64,000 bases of DNA from Eledone cirrhosa (Eukaryota). Positions within the stretch are counted from its first letter, which is position 1. Each line of letters opens with the position of its first letter. The notes below the pieces were generated by a model. That model made no database searches, was not told where the DNA came from, and worked only from the letters and a program-made list of their open reading frames with translations. Below, one piece after another: positions 38,312-56,616 of this stretch. The stretch lies in assembly GCA_964016885.1 (NCBI GenBank), contig OZ024740.1, positions 64,356,001-64,420,000 on the forward strand. Direction: 5' to 3'. The position numbers were made by a program, and so were the translations under genes.

Positions 38312-39239
38312 TTTTAATAGTTAATATAAATTTAAAAAAAGCATATATAAATTAACAATATACCTTACCAAAACGAGAAAAATATTTTGATGATAAAACG
38401 ACGAAATACTGGAGAAAGATTCGAAAGCGAAACGATAAATAAACGTGGAAACAAAGTGGCGGATGCTTTTGAGCAACAATTACTCTCGTTGGTTGATTAG
38501 CCAATAAGACGATGAAATTAGCCGATAAGACGATACATTACAAAAGATGTTTGGGAGGCATCACCACGGCCAGCGATGCCCCTTGAAATTTGTATTCAAA
38601 AGCTACGCATGTATATCACACACATGTCAACATCAACAACAGTCATCATCAGACAGACACGCAGACTTAAAACATTCTGTTGTTAGTGACTGCGTGTCTA
38701 ACAGATTAAATATATCAGCTGATAACTTTGTTGAACGTAATTCTATTATACTATCTATCAATAGAAACTTTAACCATAGCATTAAGGAGATTCGTGAGTG
38801 GAGCATCGCAACCTAGTTCTTTTAGCACTACAAAACTACAGTAATTACAGGTGTAATCTATGAAACAATTTCTTTTTTTACTATAGTTTCTCTTGTGAAC
38901 AACAGAAATAAAGATTTTTAAAATTAACGAAAATGCTAGTTTTCCCAATTTCTGATCGTTATAGAATACATAATCGTTATAGAATACATAAAGCCAGCAA
39001 ACATGCGTTACGCAGGCTTAAATTCCTAATTAGGACCTTATAATTTTTCAGCCCTAATTAGTTGCTGATCCTGAGGAAAAAAGCTGCTATCTATTTTCCA
39101 AGTTGATACAGCACGCACATTTCGGAGATCGCATACATAAGAAGGCAATTCGAATTTTTAACAATGTCATACTAACAAGTTTTTATCACATTGACAAACA
39201 ATTTCTTCCGTTTGCCTGTTCTATTCCAACTACTATATA

Positions 39240-39545
39240 TTCGTGGTTCAATTAGTTGGTTGCAACCTGATCCCCTCAAGAGCTCATGAATTACCGGTTT
39301 CCCTTCTTCCCTTAACTCTGATTGCATATCCCTTTACCGATCCCAGAAACCACAATAGACTAACTTCACATCTTCAGTTCTTCCCTTCCCGGATTGCAGC
39401 CTGCTGGGTGAAATTCCAGTTCATACGTCTACTGAAAGAATTGTCATAGAAGTATCCAAATTGAATATCTCCACCAATCTAATTCTTCTTTGGGGTGGAC
39501 GAGTGAGCTGGGGGTTTGTCATAGGCACTGTCACTTTCCACTGAC
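39240..39545 (+). mobile_element. Degenerate LINE 3' end (CR1/L2/Jockey group)
   Basis: PRNHNRLTSHLQFFPSRIAACW resembles the FF.R....WN LINE C-terminal motif. Confidence 0.35.
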
Positions 39546-40044
39546 TAATTTACTAACAAATCTTTTTATTGCTACATATGTGTTCACAGGCCGATTTGAG
39601 TGTTAGGTGTCCTTGACAACGTATATAATGTAGTGATTCTGACAAAATACGAACTGAAGACCTTTCTACTGAGCTTTGATTAGCAGGGAAAAATAAGAGA
39701 ATGATACATTGCTTAGATGTTTTGTGTCAGACTTCAATACGCTCATGTTTCTATACTGACGCCGATGAATGTATTTAATTAATAAAAGATCAATACACAA
39801 GGCCGTTAGTGACAACAGTTAGTTAATAGAAAATGTTGAATTACAAAATTGCAGAGGCGTGTAATTAGATATATAAAGAAATGTCTGACAGAACCCTATG
39901 TCCCTTAATAGATTTTATACAACTTTAAAACAATGTTCATTCTGCAAATAATTACACATAAGGGACGGCTGCAAGCTTACATTACCAATACAGTAGACGT
40001 ATGAAAGACATATATACGAATGAAAGAAATTTATATATATATGT

Positions 40045-40096
40045 GTGTGTAAAAGGTAAACAGAAATAACAACACAATCGGTACAGTATATGGAAG

Positions 40097-40170
<74 letters not shown>

Positions 40171-40183
40171 ATTTATATATATT

Positions 40184-40215
<32 letters not shown>

Positions 40216-40380
40216 TATATATATATATATTTATATATATATATATTTATATATATTTATATATATATATATATATATATATAAATTATATATATATATA
40301 CTTGGGGAGGGATATATATATATATATCCCTTCCATATACTGTACCGATTGTGTTGTTATTTCTGCTTACCTTTTACATA
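40045..40380. repeat. Inverted ~55-bp repeats around a (TA)n block; related to the tail of the 63912 hammerhead family
   Basis: gtaaaaggtaaacagaaataacaacacaatcggtacagtatatggaag versus cttccatatactgtaccgattgtgttgttatttctgcttaccttttac; tactgcaccgattgtgtt at ~63981. Confidence 0.75.
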
Positions 40381-40698
40381 TATATATATATATATATATA
40401 TGTGAAAAAATGGGGAGAAGAATACTGCAGGTTGCACATGGATAACATGTTATAAAATGAGTCCCTCATCAGTGATTTGCCGACGATCATAGATATTTCA
40501 TTGCATTAAAAATCATATACCTCACGTCGGTGCAATAATAACTAAATTAAGTTATTAGGACAATTAAAACGCGTAAAGCGAGTGAGACAAGTAAACAACA
40601 AAGAGGAAAGCTAACCGTAGAGAGGAAGGGAACAAGCTACATAGTTATTCTGTTAGCATAAGCTAGGTGAATATATGAGCGATATATATAAAGAATAA

Positions 40699-40885
40699 AT
40701 AATTGTCTCTACTTTAGGCACAAGGCCAGCAATTAACCAGTGCATTACTGGTACTTTATTTTATCGACCCCGTAAGGATGAAAGGCAAAGTCAACCTCGG
40801 CGGGATTTGAACTCAGAGCGTAAAGGGACGTAACTATGCTGCAAAGCATGGCGTCCGACCCTCTACTGATATTGCCAATGCACCG
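40699..40885 (-). mobile_element. tRNA-derived SINE
   Basis: Reverse-complement full copy. Confidence 0.85.
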
Positions 40886-40955
40886 GCCAAAGAATAAATA
40901 ATAACAGGTAGATATCATAAAAAGGTAATTTATTCCGTGTGCTTACAAATATTTA

Positions 40956-43005
<2,050 letters not shown>

Positions 43006-43084
43006 ATATATATATAGAAAAAGAGATGAAATCGAAAATGCAACTGGAGTCTTATTTAAAAAAAAAATATATATTTATTTGGTT

Positions 43085-43122
43085 CCTTTACCGGTTTCGC
43101 AGTTCTTCTGCTTTTCAAAAGG
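43085..43122 (-). ncRNA. Hammerhead ribozyme, U3:A8 core (same family as 4429; pseudo-LTR 43018-43122)
   Basis: Reverse complement: cctt-TTGAAAA-gcag aagaa ctgc-GAAA-ccgg-TA-aagg, with perfect stems I and II. Confidence 0.75.
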
Positions 43123-43583
43123 TGAGTTTAGATGGATGAAACAGAAAGCATTTACTAGGACGAAGACATGGATAATGTGGAGTAATAAGAACCGAAAAAT
43201 ATACAGTAAAATATATATTGTACTTTACCTTAAAGTTAATGAAGGATATATATATATATATATATGTAGGAGGTGAGTTTTATATCACAATACATAAAAA
43301 CAAACTTAAACCCTAACTAATCTCCTTTATTACATTATATTATTACCATTGGGAAATACTTCATAAACATATATTTTGTTGTTAGAGTCTTCTCTTCCTT
43401 AAACACTATTTTCTTCTTTGCTTTCTGCGCTCATTTGTAAACAAACTATTTACATATATTACGCATACATATTACATTACATAAAAACAAACTTAAACAC
43501 TAATTCCTCTAAATTCATAACACATCCACTCTTCTACTTCTTTTCACATTATATCCTTAATAACATTAATATTTTAATTTTAA

Positions 43584-43742
43584 TAATACATATTAACAAT
43601 TTCTTTTCATCGCACATATTATTAAACCCTTCAATATACAAACCTTAATTTAATATTATTCTTAATACATATTAACAATTTCTTTCCATCGCACATATTA
43701 TTAAACCCTTCAATATACAAACCTTAATTTAACATTATTCTT
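43584..43742. repeat. Tandem duplication of a ~79-bp unit
   Basis: taatacatattaacaatttctt...atcgcacatattattaaacccttcaatatacaaaccttaatttaa occurs twice. Confidence 0.8.
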
Positions 43743-44254
43743 AATTTTTTCTCTTCATTAATTTTTTTCCTCTTCATCAATTTTCAAATTCTTTTAAATT
43801 ATATATTATCTTTCCAACGGCTTTTTAACCTCTCTCTGTGAAACAATATATTTTTCTCAGTTATAAAGGCTATCTCTCTCTTTCTATCACCCATCTCTCC
43901 TCCTATCTCATCCTCCCTTATTATACTCCTCCCCCACCATTCTTTACTCTCATCTCCTCCACTTTTTCACCCCCCCCCTCATTTTTTTCCCCAATATCAC
44001 ACATCAATCTTAAATTACTTTTCATATGTTGATTTAAAACTGCACTATTCACAATTGTTTTTTTACCATTCATATCATGTATGTTCACCAAACTTAAGAC
44101 ATAGGTTACTTATGTACTCCGGATGGTCATGGGCACTTTCATTTTCCCAGATATTGATTATAGGGCCTCTCGGCAGATAACCCCCTTTAGCCATTTCCTT
44201 GGAGTCGACTGAAGCACTGCAGTGCAATGCAACAAAACGTCATAACCTCTGGAG

Positions 44255-44488
44255 TTCACAACCGATTTTCACAAAACTTGACACATGGGCTACGTTTGTC
44301 CTACAGATGAATGTGAACTCTCAGAATTGGCAATATTGAGTAGGGGACCCGTGGGGGCATGAACCCCCTTTTGGAGAAAGCCGATGATTTTGTAAAAGTA
44401 TAGTTTTCGAAGCAGCACTGAAGTATTGACATAAATGGTATACACAACTGATATTTAATAGTCGAGCAACGCCGGGTACCTCTGCTAG
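44255..44488 (+). mobile_element. Non-autonomous Helitron remnant with 3' end
   Basis: gagcaacgccgggtacctctgCTAG|t; upstream caaccgattttcacaaaacttg is typical of non-autonomous Helitrons. Confidence 0.55.
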
Positions 44489-44581
44489 TATATAATATAA
44501 TAAAGGGAGGAGTGCGGGACAGTGTCCATTTAATTTTTTTTTATCTCCGTTACTAAAAAAGTTGGATTACTTTGAATAAAT

Positions 44582-44758
44582 AATAGTTTCTACTTTTGGC
44601 ACAAGGCCAGCAATTACCCAATGCTTTACTGCTACTTTATTTTATCGACTCCGTAAGGATGAAAGGCAAAGTTAACCCCGGCGTGATTTGAACTCAGAAT
44701 AGCAATAGCCGTAACTCTATGCATCAAAGCATGGCGTCCGACCCTCTACGATACTGCC
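44582..44758 (-). mobile_element. tRNA-derived SINE
   Basis: Reverse-complement full copy. Confidence 0.85.
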
Positions 44759-44998
44759 CATGAATGAATATTACATAATTTATCTACTAAATTTTGTAAC
44801 ACATGATTAAACATAAATAATCTAATGTATTGCTTATTTCAAGATTCACATCTTTTAAAAGTTTCAAATTTCAACTTCCGGTAAATCACGACAACGACGA
44901 CCACCACCACCACCACTTCAACTACTATATATATATAGACAGAGCGAGAAAGATAGAGAGAGAGTGAGTGAATAGAGAGATATTGACAGAGTGACTAT

Positions 44999-45073
<75 letters not shown>

Positions 45074-45448
45074 GAAAAATAGGGAAATTATGTGAGCAAG
45101 AAACCAACAGTATTTCATAATATATAAGTGACTATAACGTCAAAATGGAAAATATTTAACGTAAGATATAGGAAAATAATTCAAACTCAATTTAAAAAAA
45201 ATCAAGACAGAGATTTTATCCACAGATTTTGTGAAATCCAGGGCAAAAACCAACAGAGTCTTAACTCAGAATATAATAAAGTTTAAATACTCATCCTTCA
45301 ATTTGGAAAAACTACAAATGCTCTATATAGTCTTAAAAATACTTTTTCACGAAACTTTTCAGTGTGATTAGTCACGGTTGGAGTCGTTCATCAGTAGAGC
45401 TCAACACGATAACCAAAAAGCACTGCCAAAATATGCCAGAAAGGGAAA

Positions 45449-45555
<107 letters not shown>

Positions 45556-45572
45556 TGAAAGAGAAAGATGAA

Positions 45573-46776
<1,204 letters not shown>

Positions 46777-46874
46777 GTGTGTGTGTGTGTGTGCGTGTAT
46801 GTGTGTGCGTCATTACGACGTTTAAGTTACATGCATATATATGTCTGTATCCCCTTCCTTTTATACACACATTG

Positions 46875-47555
46875 TATGACGGACGGATGGACCGAAGTCG
46901 CTCAAGTTTATGTACATGTGAATGGAGTTCCACTGAAGCAGGTAGAGAAGATCAAGTATCTCAGGGCCGTGTTCACGAGTGATGGATACAGGAGGCTGAA
47001 ATAAGTGCAAGAATTGTAAAAGCTGATGCAGTAATGCGCCAGCTTCAGCATTCAGTAATCAGAAGGGAAGTAGGAGTAAAAGCCAAACTCACTGTCTTCT
47101 TAGTATTTCTGCCAGCCCTTACCCAGGATCATGAATCTTGGATAATAACCGAAAGAATGCGATTGCAAATACAAGCGGCCGAAGTGGAGTTCCTCCGAAG
47201 GGTCTTTCTAGTAACTTTAGTCGATAAAGTGCTTAGCTCGGAGATCAGGGTGTCACTTCAGGTAGACCCACTACTTCTTCGGATTGAGAGATGACAGCTC
47301 CGATACTCTGGACATGTGGTTATAATGTCTCAGGAAAGAATCGTTCGACAGATTTTACAGGTAAAACCAACCGGCAGGAGACTCAGAAGTAGACTTCGAG
47401 CAAGATAGTTGGATTACATCTATGAGTTGACTGATCACGCTTTGGGATCCAGCTGGATCAGTTAGGGATATTTGCTTCAGACAGACTCACTGGAAAGAGT
47501 GTTTGAGAAGGACTCTGCCCCCATGACCCTCTCAGAAATAAGTGGGCGAAGAAGA
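46875..47555 (+). mobile_element. RTE LINE 3' fragment, same family as 22112-24520
   Basis: VNGVPLKQVEKIKYL, HESWIITERMRLQIQAAEVEFLRR; ends gggcgaagaaga. Confidence 0.8.
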
Positions 47556-48046
47556 TATTGTCAATTTACTTTTCAATTTACCTATCATATCTATATGCAT
47601 ATATATTTGCGTATAATACCAATACTATTAGCGTTGTTATTTTGCGTCTCTCCTTTGTTCTGTCTTAAACGACACCACCTAATGTCTTAGTGCAGAATAT
47701 AACATAAAAGAAAGGGGAAATACTACAGGAAAACGCAAACAAAGAAATAGAGCTACAAACCCACACACGTACACATGACGCAAACACACGAACACCCGAA
47801 AAACACATACACATGCCAAATATAAAGACACGCACACAAGCGCAGACAGGGAACCGTACCACAGAAAGACAAGATAGAGTGACCAAAATAAGACGAGAAA
47901 GAAAAGGGGATATAGAAGAAAACAAATGCCCATTGAGGCGGTACCGGAATGTGTGACGAATGAAAATTGACGTATAATAAATCTAAATAAATCTAAATTA
48001 TCGCATAATAAATCTAAAGTGAAAATCAAATGTTACCTGTATTTTC

Positions 48047-48153
<107 letters not shown>

Positions 48154-48528
48154 CCACACACCCACGCACACCCACCTACCCACACCCACATATATATATA
48201 GATACATTGGAATATGTTGTTTAAATTGTAACGTTTCTGACTTTCCCTTCAACAGTGAGTAAAATACACTCTATACTTCCCACCCTAACTTAATTTATTC
48301 GACATACCACGATCTCTTAGTTTCATCGATTACCTAGATTAATAGGTATTTATTATATTATCTGTGAAAATATTTAATATTTATATGCAGAGACCTGATC
48401 AGACATTGAGATCGATACCTTTAGATATAAAATCATTACGCTAAATCAATATATCAAGTATGAAAATCTCGTATCAATATTATAGGTGAGAAAGTGAAGT
48501 TCTCATCTGTGCAGTTATATGGGGCAAA

Positions 48529-49053
48529 GTAGCATTCTTGTGACCTGCATAGTTTAGCAGTGTTAATTTAGATACTTAACGCCACGAATCTCTTGGGTTT
48601 AATTGTTTAATAAAATGGTCTCTTTCATGTTCAGATATTTGATATTATCTTCTACTATGTTGGTGGTGCCCATCATTTTCCGGTTAATGTATTTCTCCAA
48701 ATGTTTCTAACTGAAACGATATTCGTGTGAACGTCTTTATCATTTATGTTGTTGTGTAGCGGGCGGGGATGTTGCTGGTGTAAAATCTGCAGTATGTATT
48801 ACATGGTATACGCTATACAATTTAGGCCCTTAAACACATGTTCATGTTGTTGGTAGAATATTTATCCAGTATGGATTACTTGTTGAAGCCCAATGCCCGA
48901 ACGATATCTTCACCAGGAAGACCTACGATGCTTTACATTTATATCCAGTTTCTCGTTGAAAATCATATGAATGATTCCAGTATTAACTCTATTACCACAG
49001 TAAGTCATATTTAGAAAGCAAATATTGTTAATTTTATTTACTACACACCCACA

Positions 49054-49145
<92 letters not shown>

Positions 49146-49584
49146 ATATAACCTAAGATTCAAATTAAACCCCTTTGTGCAAAACGTTAAGGCAAACAGT
49201 AAAAATCAATTCTCCACTAAAGACATTGGTCTCTGTTCAATAGACGTAAAGTTAAATCCACTAGTAGCACGAAAACCTAGCTGGCTATATCACCTAAATA
49301 TACTTTATCCACTGAGACTGGATGCGCATGTAGAATCAACAATATATGACTACTGATTAGAACCTGCAATGTAGAGGATATAATATATGAGGTAGACTTT
49401 AAATCAACAGAAACGAAGAGTGATATTACGATGACGACCTACACTAGTATAACCGAATAAAATTTATCTACGAAATAGAATATCAACTTGAGGAAAGTTT
49501 CAAGAAGTGAGGATAGTTTCAAGATTCGTGGCGTTAAGTATCTAAATTAACACCGCTAAACTATGCAGATCATAAGAATGCTAC
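48529..49584. mobile_element. ~62-bp inverted repeats enclosing a degenerate minus-strand GIY-YIG-like PLE fragment
   Basis: gtagcattcttgtgacctgcatagtttagc...gccacgaatct versus agattcgtggc...gctaaactatgcagatcataagaatgctac. Confidence 0.6.
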
Positions 49585-50507
49585 TAAATGAAAATGGCTG
49601 TAATATCCGTGACCAATGCTCTGTCGAGAAAGGATTGAACATGAAAAAAAAAATGGATACGGGTATATTTAAATGCTGATCGTACGTGTAAATGTAATCA
49701 CAGAGAAAAAAATTATTGCGTAACTGGCCATAATCACATTGAACGAATAACTGTTTTACTGCAGTTCTCGAGGCCTCTGTAACGAGGCCTCATTTTGAAA
49801 TAAATATTTCCGATATATTACATATGTTTTCATTTATCAGAGTTTTCTATTTCATTGTACTTGGTATATTCTTAGCTAAAACTGAAAAGTTCATTCACAA
49901 TTTAGCATTATTAATATGTTTATTTATTGAATATTTATTTTCATATGCAAATCGTTTGTAATACGAAGTTAATGCGTTGAAGTTTTTAACAAGGGTTCTC
50001 CCTTTAAGTATATTTTACGTCCATTAATGCCCAGGAATGTTCAGTACACAAACGGAAAGAAGAACCACTTAAGTGAACCCAAATGCGCTGTCGAAGAAAG
50101 TCGATGACAAAAGCTCAAAAGTGCTTCGTTCTTTTGAAATGAAATGTAATATGGTTTGACAACGATACTATAAACATAGAAACACATACACGCTATTGCT
50201 ATTTCATTGAGTGCTATCTACTATGATTCGTAAAATATGTTTGATCACATACAAACACACACATGTACACACACAGACACACACACAAACACACACACAT
50301 TTATATATATATATGGCGAAAGTGTCAAGTGACAGCATGCCATCTATATATAAACAAATATATTTTATGATTCATGAACACGAAAAAGAAAAAGAAAAAA
50401 CATTGCGCTTCCTAATGTTTCATTGACTTTGAAACTTATTTAAGTACAATATATGATTGTCAGCGACACACACACTAACACACAAACACACACACATATA
50501 TATATAT

Positions 50508-51268
50508 AGATGCTGAATTTGCTGACGACATACTTCTGGTGACAAACACAGTGAAGGAGGCAGAGGAGTTGATGCAGGAGGTGGAGATTGTGTCGATGAG
50601 TGTGGGCTGAGAATGAAAGAGAATAAGACAAAGTATCTGGTAGAGAATATTAAAAAGCCAGAGAAGATTATGAATGTAAGCGGGAAGCCGCTAGAATTGG
50701 TTGAGTACTTCCTCTGTCTGAGAGCAAATATTGGAAACACAGAGGATGATGTGGTTGAGAGGAAGAGCAAAGCCTGCTCGGCGTGCCACAGTTTGCGATC
50801 GGTGTGGAAGTCGGACCTTCGTAAAGACCTGAAGATCCGTCTCTCGTTGCTACAGTGGAGTCTGTGCTGCTGTACGGGTCTGAGACTTGGACACTGACCA
50901 AGAAACTCACTCACATGTTGGATGGGTGCTACATAGGAATGATGAGGATAGCTCTGAACATTAATCAGTATACACTGAGGATGAAGAACTGAGAGCTGTA
51001 CGGGAGCCTCCCAAAAGTCAGCTCGAAAGTAATACAGGGGAGATTGAGGTTAGCTGGACATGCTCACCGATATTCAGAGTTGACACTGCACTCAGCTCTC
51101 CTGTGGGAGCCCCTGCACGGACACACTAGAAGAGGGAGACCGAGGTTGATATATGTTGATGCCCTAAGGACAGACACAGCTCTCTTGGAGACGCAGGACA
51201 TGGCAGCGATGAGGTGGGACAGAGGCCGCTGGAGAGAACGCGTCCAGGGATCTCGGGAATTTTACCCG

Positions 51269-51272
<4 letters not shown>
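50508..51272 (+). mobile_element. RTE-like LINE 3' fragment
   Basis: [36 protein letters not shown]. Confidence 0.75.
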
Positions 51273-51305
<33 letters not shown>

Positions 51306-51322
51306 CTTCACGCATATACACT

Positions 51323-51446
<124 letters not shown>

Positions 51447-52352
51447 CAATAAAGATAAATGGGAAATTCAGTGTAGATGTTTAAAATTCTTTTATATATA
51501 AAACTGTGATACCTATTTCAAAGGCGATCACGCGAACATGATGGTTCGATCACGTAACCGTTCTCGCTACATCATGACACAACATCGTATGTAATAAAGT
51601 TACGTTTTCGATGTTGCGAAATCGAACTATCACGTAGCCGTAAGCATTATTGAAATTTGTATCCAATCTTTATAAATACGAATTTCGTATTTATTATTAT
51701 CCGTAATATATTCTCTCACGGATTGATAAATTATTTTTGGGAGAAAACACATGACGTTGAATACTTAAATCCAATTGCAATCATTGTTCATTGATCGTTG
51801 TGTTACATACGCAACCCCGATTAATCAACATGTTTACTATAAATATATATATATGATGGTAACTGCTTTATTTGTTAAAGAGTTGGATTCTCAATGCTGA
51901 GGTTGTGAGGTCCGGGCGATGCCTTCTGTCCTTGAGCAAAACTTCTTATTTCAAGTTATTTCATGAAGACCATTCTCTTATATTTGTTAATTATCTGGTA
52001 TAATTTAAGTATGGCAATGGGTGTATTTTTCACTTGGTCCGAACCCGCTGTGTAGGCAAAAATTTAATTGTAATGTAATGTCAACATTTCTGTTTTGCTT
52101 ACATTTCATGTCTGTACTTATGTATTACAAAATATAGTTATTGTTGTTTTTACAATAATATCGTATTAGTAGTTCTAAATTATGATAGTTTCGCATTTAA
52201 TTGTTATAATACAACTAAATCGAGATAATTATATTTTGTTTATAGAAATGGCTGACTGAATACACTTGCGCTTTTCTCAAATCACATCCCTTCTGTTTCT
52301 TCCCCAAACTCAATCTCTATCTTTCTAATTCATCTTTAAATTTCTTACTCTG

Positions 52353-52390
52353 TCTCCTGATGAAGAACTACTGTCCGAAATATGAACACT
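52353..52390 (+). ncRNA. Degenerate canonical-core hammerhead (same family as 63912)
   Basis: CTGATGA-agaac tact gtcc-GAAA; downstream ctatatcaagcgttaa is shared with ~63956. Confidence 0.4.
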
Positions 52391-52929
52391 CCTCCTACTA
52401 TATCAAGCGTTAAACTAATATATTTTTTTTGAACTCTTTTATTTGATTTGCTGTTTCCGTTTAAGTTTTGCATATATATACATATACATGTGCTTCTCGT
52501 GTTCCCCTCTTTTTCGGTATTTTCTCTGAATGTTTACCCCTTTTTTCCCTTCAGTTTAATTGCCCCCCCCCTTTCCCCAATAACTTCCACAAGTTATTGA
52601 CGCACTGGAGTTAGACGTATTGTCTTTAATGCGTTGAAATGTCCGCGATCTACAGCAGAGAACTGAAGAAGGGATAGTCCCCGTTTGTGCTTTCCTTTTA
52701 TTTCTAAATACACTTTATCAAGTAACCACACAGCTCCCTGTTTCTTCCAAATATATATTTATATCTGTATTTGTAACCGTTGGTCAATCAATGATAAACA
52801 TTGATTGCCAAATAAATTAACTATGGAGATATAAAAGATACAGAAGCGAAAACCAACCAAACAGTGAGTGTGTTCTGTTATTATTTCTGGCAATATTATT
52901 ACAACAATATGACCCTCCCCAAGTACAAC

Positions 52930-52977
<48 letters not shown>

Positions 52978-52979
<2 letters not shown>

Positions 52980-53160
52980 TTGAAAAGATAACGAGGACGA
53001 TTGCTACTACCATTTTAAGGGGTCCGTCGAGCTGCAGATTACAGAGTCGGGTAAGATCAATACAAATCGAACCTTGAGCTGATCAGTGGCGAAACGCGCG
53101 TGACTAACCAATAAATGTAATGAAGGAGTAACCAATCGCCTTTGTTATCTTTTCAATATA
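52978..53160. repeat. Inverted pseudo-LTR-like element with hammerhead 3' half
   Basis: tattgaaaagataac...cgattg versus caatcg...gttatcttttcaata; internal GAAA-cgcgcg-T. Confidence 0.55.
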
Positions 53161-53255
53161 ATACTCTCTGTATAGCTCTACACCTCGACACAGAAGTGAA
53201 CCTAAACATCGAGTGATCACCCAGGTGAACCTACAGTAACTCCAAGTTACACACA

Positions 53256-53288
<33 letters not shown>

Positions 53289-53797
53289 CACACATATAGA
53301 TTTGGAGATTTGTTTATGTATACGTATTTATTTATTGTATATGACATTCATATTCATATATTCGAAATCTTTGTGTATCAGTTCAAATGATAAAAACAAC
53401 CAATACAAATATGAAGTCCAATAAAACAACACTCATCCAAAGAGTCACACTCAAAAGACCACACACGCACACAAACGCATTGATATATAATGTTTGCTTA
53501 TGCATACACATATTCTTTGTGACATTATATAGCTAAACCATTGTTATGTATTTGCGTGTATATATCTATTAATATAAGTATGAATATCACTCTCTCCCTT
53601 GCACACACACATGAATATTTATATATTGATATATATATATATATATGAATGTATGTATAGTATATTTGGCAATATACCGTATATATATATATTATTACTA
53701 TATATATATATATAAATATATATATATATAAATATATATATATATAAATATATATATATATTTATTTATCTATATCTATATGTTCCTATTCTATTCA

Positions 53798-53830
<33 letters not shown>

Positions 53831-54275
53831 GTGCGTGTGTGGTGTGGTGTGGTGTGGTGTGGTGTGGTGTGGTGTGGTGTGGTGTGGTGTGTGTGTGTGT
53901 GTGAATACAATTATGCTTTTGTACACATTTTTAGTAAGTATAAATGAGAATAGCAAAATAGATAAAATAAAAATGTTTTATCATTCTTTGGTCAGAAATA
54001 TTGTTCACGATGGAAAAGTGGCTAAGACGAACATTAAAATATGCGGAAAGTATTTTGTGGATATAAAGGTAGATAGATCGTTAATCGATCATCTGACATA
54101 GATATTACTGGGGATTCATGGTAAATAATGAAGCAAGTGTAGATGCACCGATAAATAACGTACTTATATACACACATACATAGACACACATTCACTTATA
54201 CTTATCCATCTATATATCAATTTATTCCTGCGCGCGCGCAAACGAAACTCCAAAGTAACACTACTCACCATGAAA

Positions 54276-54321
<46 letters not shown>

Positions 54322-54705
54322 CATTTGCTTGTGTGTCTGCGTAAATGGTAGGCGTATTATTGTCGAATAAACAAGCTGCTGGCTGCGAAATCATCACCTC
54401 GATGTTTTAATCTCACTGCATAGCATCTTCCTTTGTCATTCGACGTAGGCGCGGTTCGACAGATATCTTGTGATTGAAATTGAATAGACCGAAGCTGTTT
54501 CGAAGTCCACAGAATGAACAGTAGGTGCAATTCATTTCGCCAGCCTTGTCACACATTGAGTCACGCGGAATCTCTCAGGGATTCATGTTGGTACATGTGT
54601 TTGCGGAATGCTCAGCGAGATGCACGTTCATTTCGAGAACAGGACATCTATTGATATTGATCGAGCAACTGGAACGCTCGTCTTGGAGATCGACGGAAAT
54701 CCATC

Positions 54706-54835
<130 letters not shown>

Positions 54836-56616
54836 AGTGCATTCGAAATATCTGATAAAGTTATATCTGTATATATATATAGAACAGAAGTAACTGAGAG
54901 TGTATGCTTATATGTTTGTGAATTTACACATTTTTAGTATATAGTCATGTAAACATGCCAAATATACGTATACTAAAAAATATGTAAATTTATATAGACA
55001 TTAAGGACGCGGTATCATTATTATATTCTGATTTTATCATTTACTTCGATTACTTGGCACCCAAATGAATATATATCTTAATTAGTTATCAACACGAGAG
55101 TTAATGATATGCAAATTAGCACATCTGTTCCAGGATACTACAATAAGTGATAGAGTATATAAACCCCTCGATTACGTATTTCCTTCAAGTTGTTTTGATG
55201 ATATATATTGAAAACCTGTCAAATGTGTAAATTCAATATACAATTGAAAATGAAACAGGGTTGTGTTATTACATAATTTAATTTATTACCATTTTGCGCA
55301 TATTCACAACGTCTACGCATAATCGTAACTTTGGTTGATCCGGCTTCTTCAGACAGCACTGAAGTGAAGTTTACACAAAAAAGTATATAACGTCGTTGAT
55401 AAGGTTAAACGAGAGACTAATGTCCATTACATGCTATGGTCAGACTCTTGTCTTATTAGAATTTATCATAATCCTAAAAAAATCTTAAGTATGAAATAGA
55501 CTGTCTAATCATCCGAGAGCAATTATTAATTCGATAGAAAGGGAGGTCTCAAACAAGAATTCTAATAGTTAACATATGATATATTTAAATATAATTCCGT
55601 GCATTTCATCGAGGCATTACCTCGGTTAAGCTATAAAGACAAAGTTATTATAACCCTGAGACTATGAAAAATCAAAAACCTCAATATAATGGTGATTCTG
55701 AATCAAACTCACAACATCACAGTAGAAATATTTCATGCGAAGCATACGCTTTACGTAAAGGGAATTCGTGGGTATGGCCCATTAAAATCTTCTTACCATA
55801 TTTTAAATAATTCAATCAACCCTAAAATTGTGATAAGATAAATCTGTTGATAAGATAAATCCTGCAATAGACAAAGGTTAACCTAAGACATGTTAATATT
55901 GAGCACAATAGTCACCTAAATGATTGTAATAAATACGGTGTATCTGCTATTAAAAGAAATAGAAGATGTGGAATACTATAATATTCCCTATGGAATCTCA
56001 GATATTTTTCGATATTATCCACAATAATTTTCCACATGAGCATAGTTGCAGGTCATAATCAACAACACTTAACTTATCTGACTATATAGCTTTTATTAAC
56101 CAGAAGTAAATGAAAATATGTTTGGATAAATCAAAGTAATGTGATGACAAGTATAAAATTCCATTCAAACTTTCTATATTCCTATATTCTTAGTAAATAT
56201 ATGTTAAATAGTACTTTTAATTTCAAATATACATTTGTTCTTGTATGAGTATTAATTAATAGATTTTAATTTTTGAATTTGTATATTTCTGATAAACTCA
56301 AATTGAGTTTTTACTTTGGGATTTTTCGTACTTTCTAATATATTTTCCTACATAGACAATAATTTTATCCCTTTTAGGGAAGTATGACAAGGATTTAGAT
56401 TCCATATAATTATTCCTGTATTATTAAACACATCTGAGTCCTTAATTTCCTTATCTTTAGCAAATAAACGTTGAATAATACAATTTATTTTGCTAGTGTA
56501 CATTTGTTCTCGCAAGAAAAATAATTGTAAAATTTGTTCTTGCAAAAAAAGAAATCTTTCAATATTTACAACTCTGGAGATCGTAATAAACTTAAAAAGA
56601 TTATTGATATTTACTA

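Larger units (their letters stand above)
34369..38706 (-). repeat. Inverted copy of the 56617-57392 repeat, split by the hAT-like transposon
   Basis: 34369-34553 is the reverse complement of 57207-57392; 38312-38706 is the reverse complement of ~56617-56968. Confidence 0.85.
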
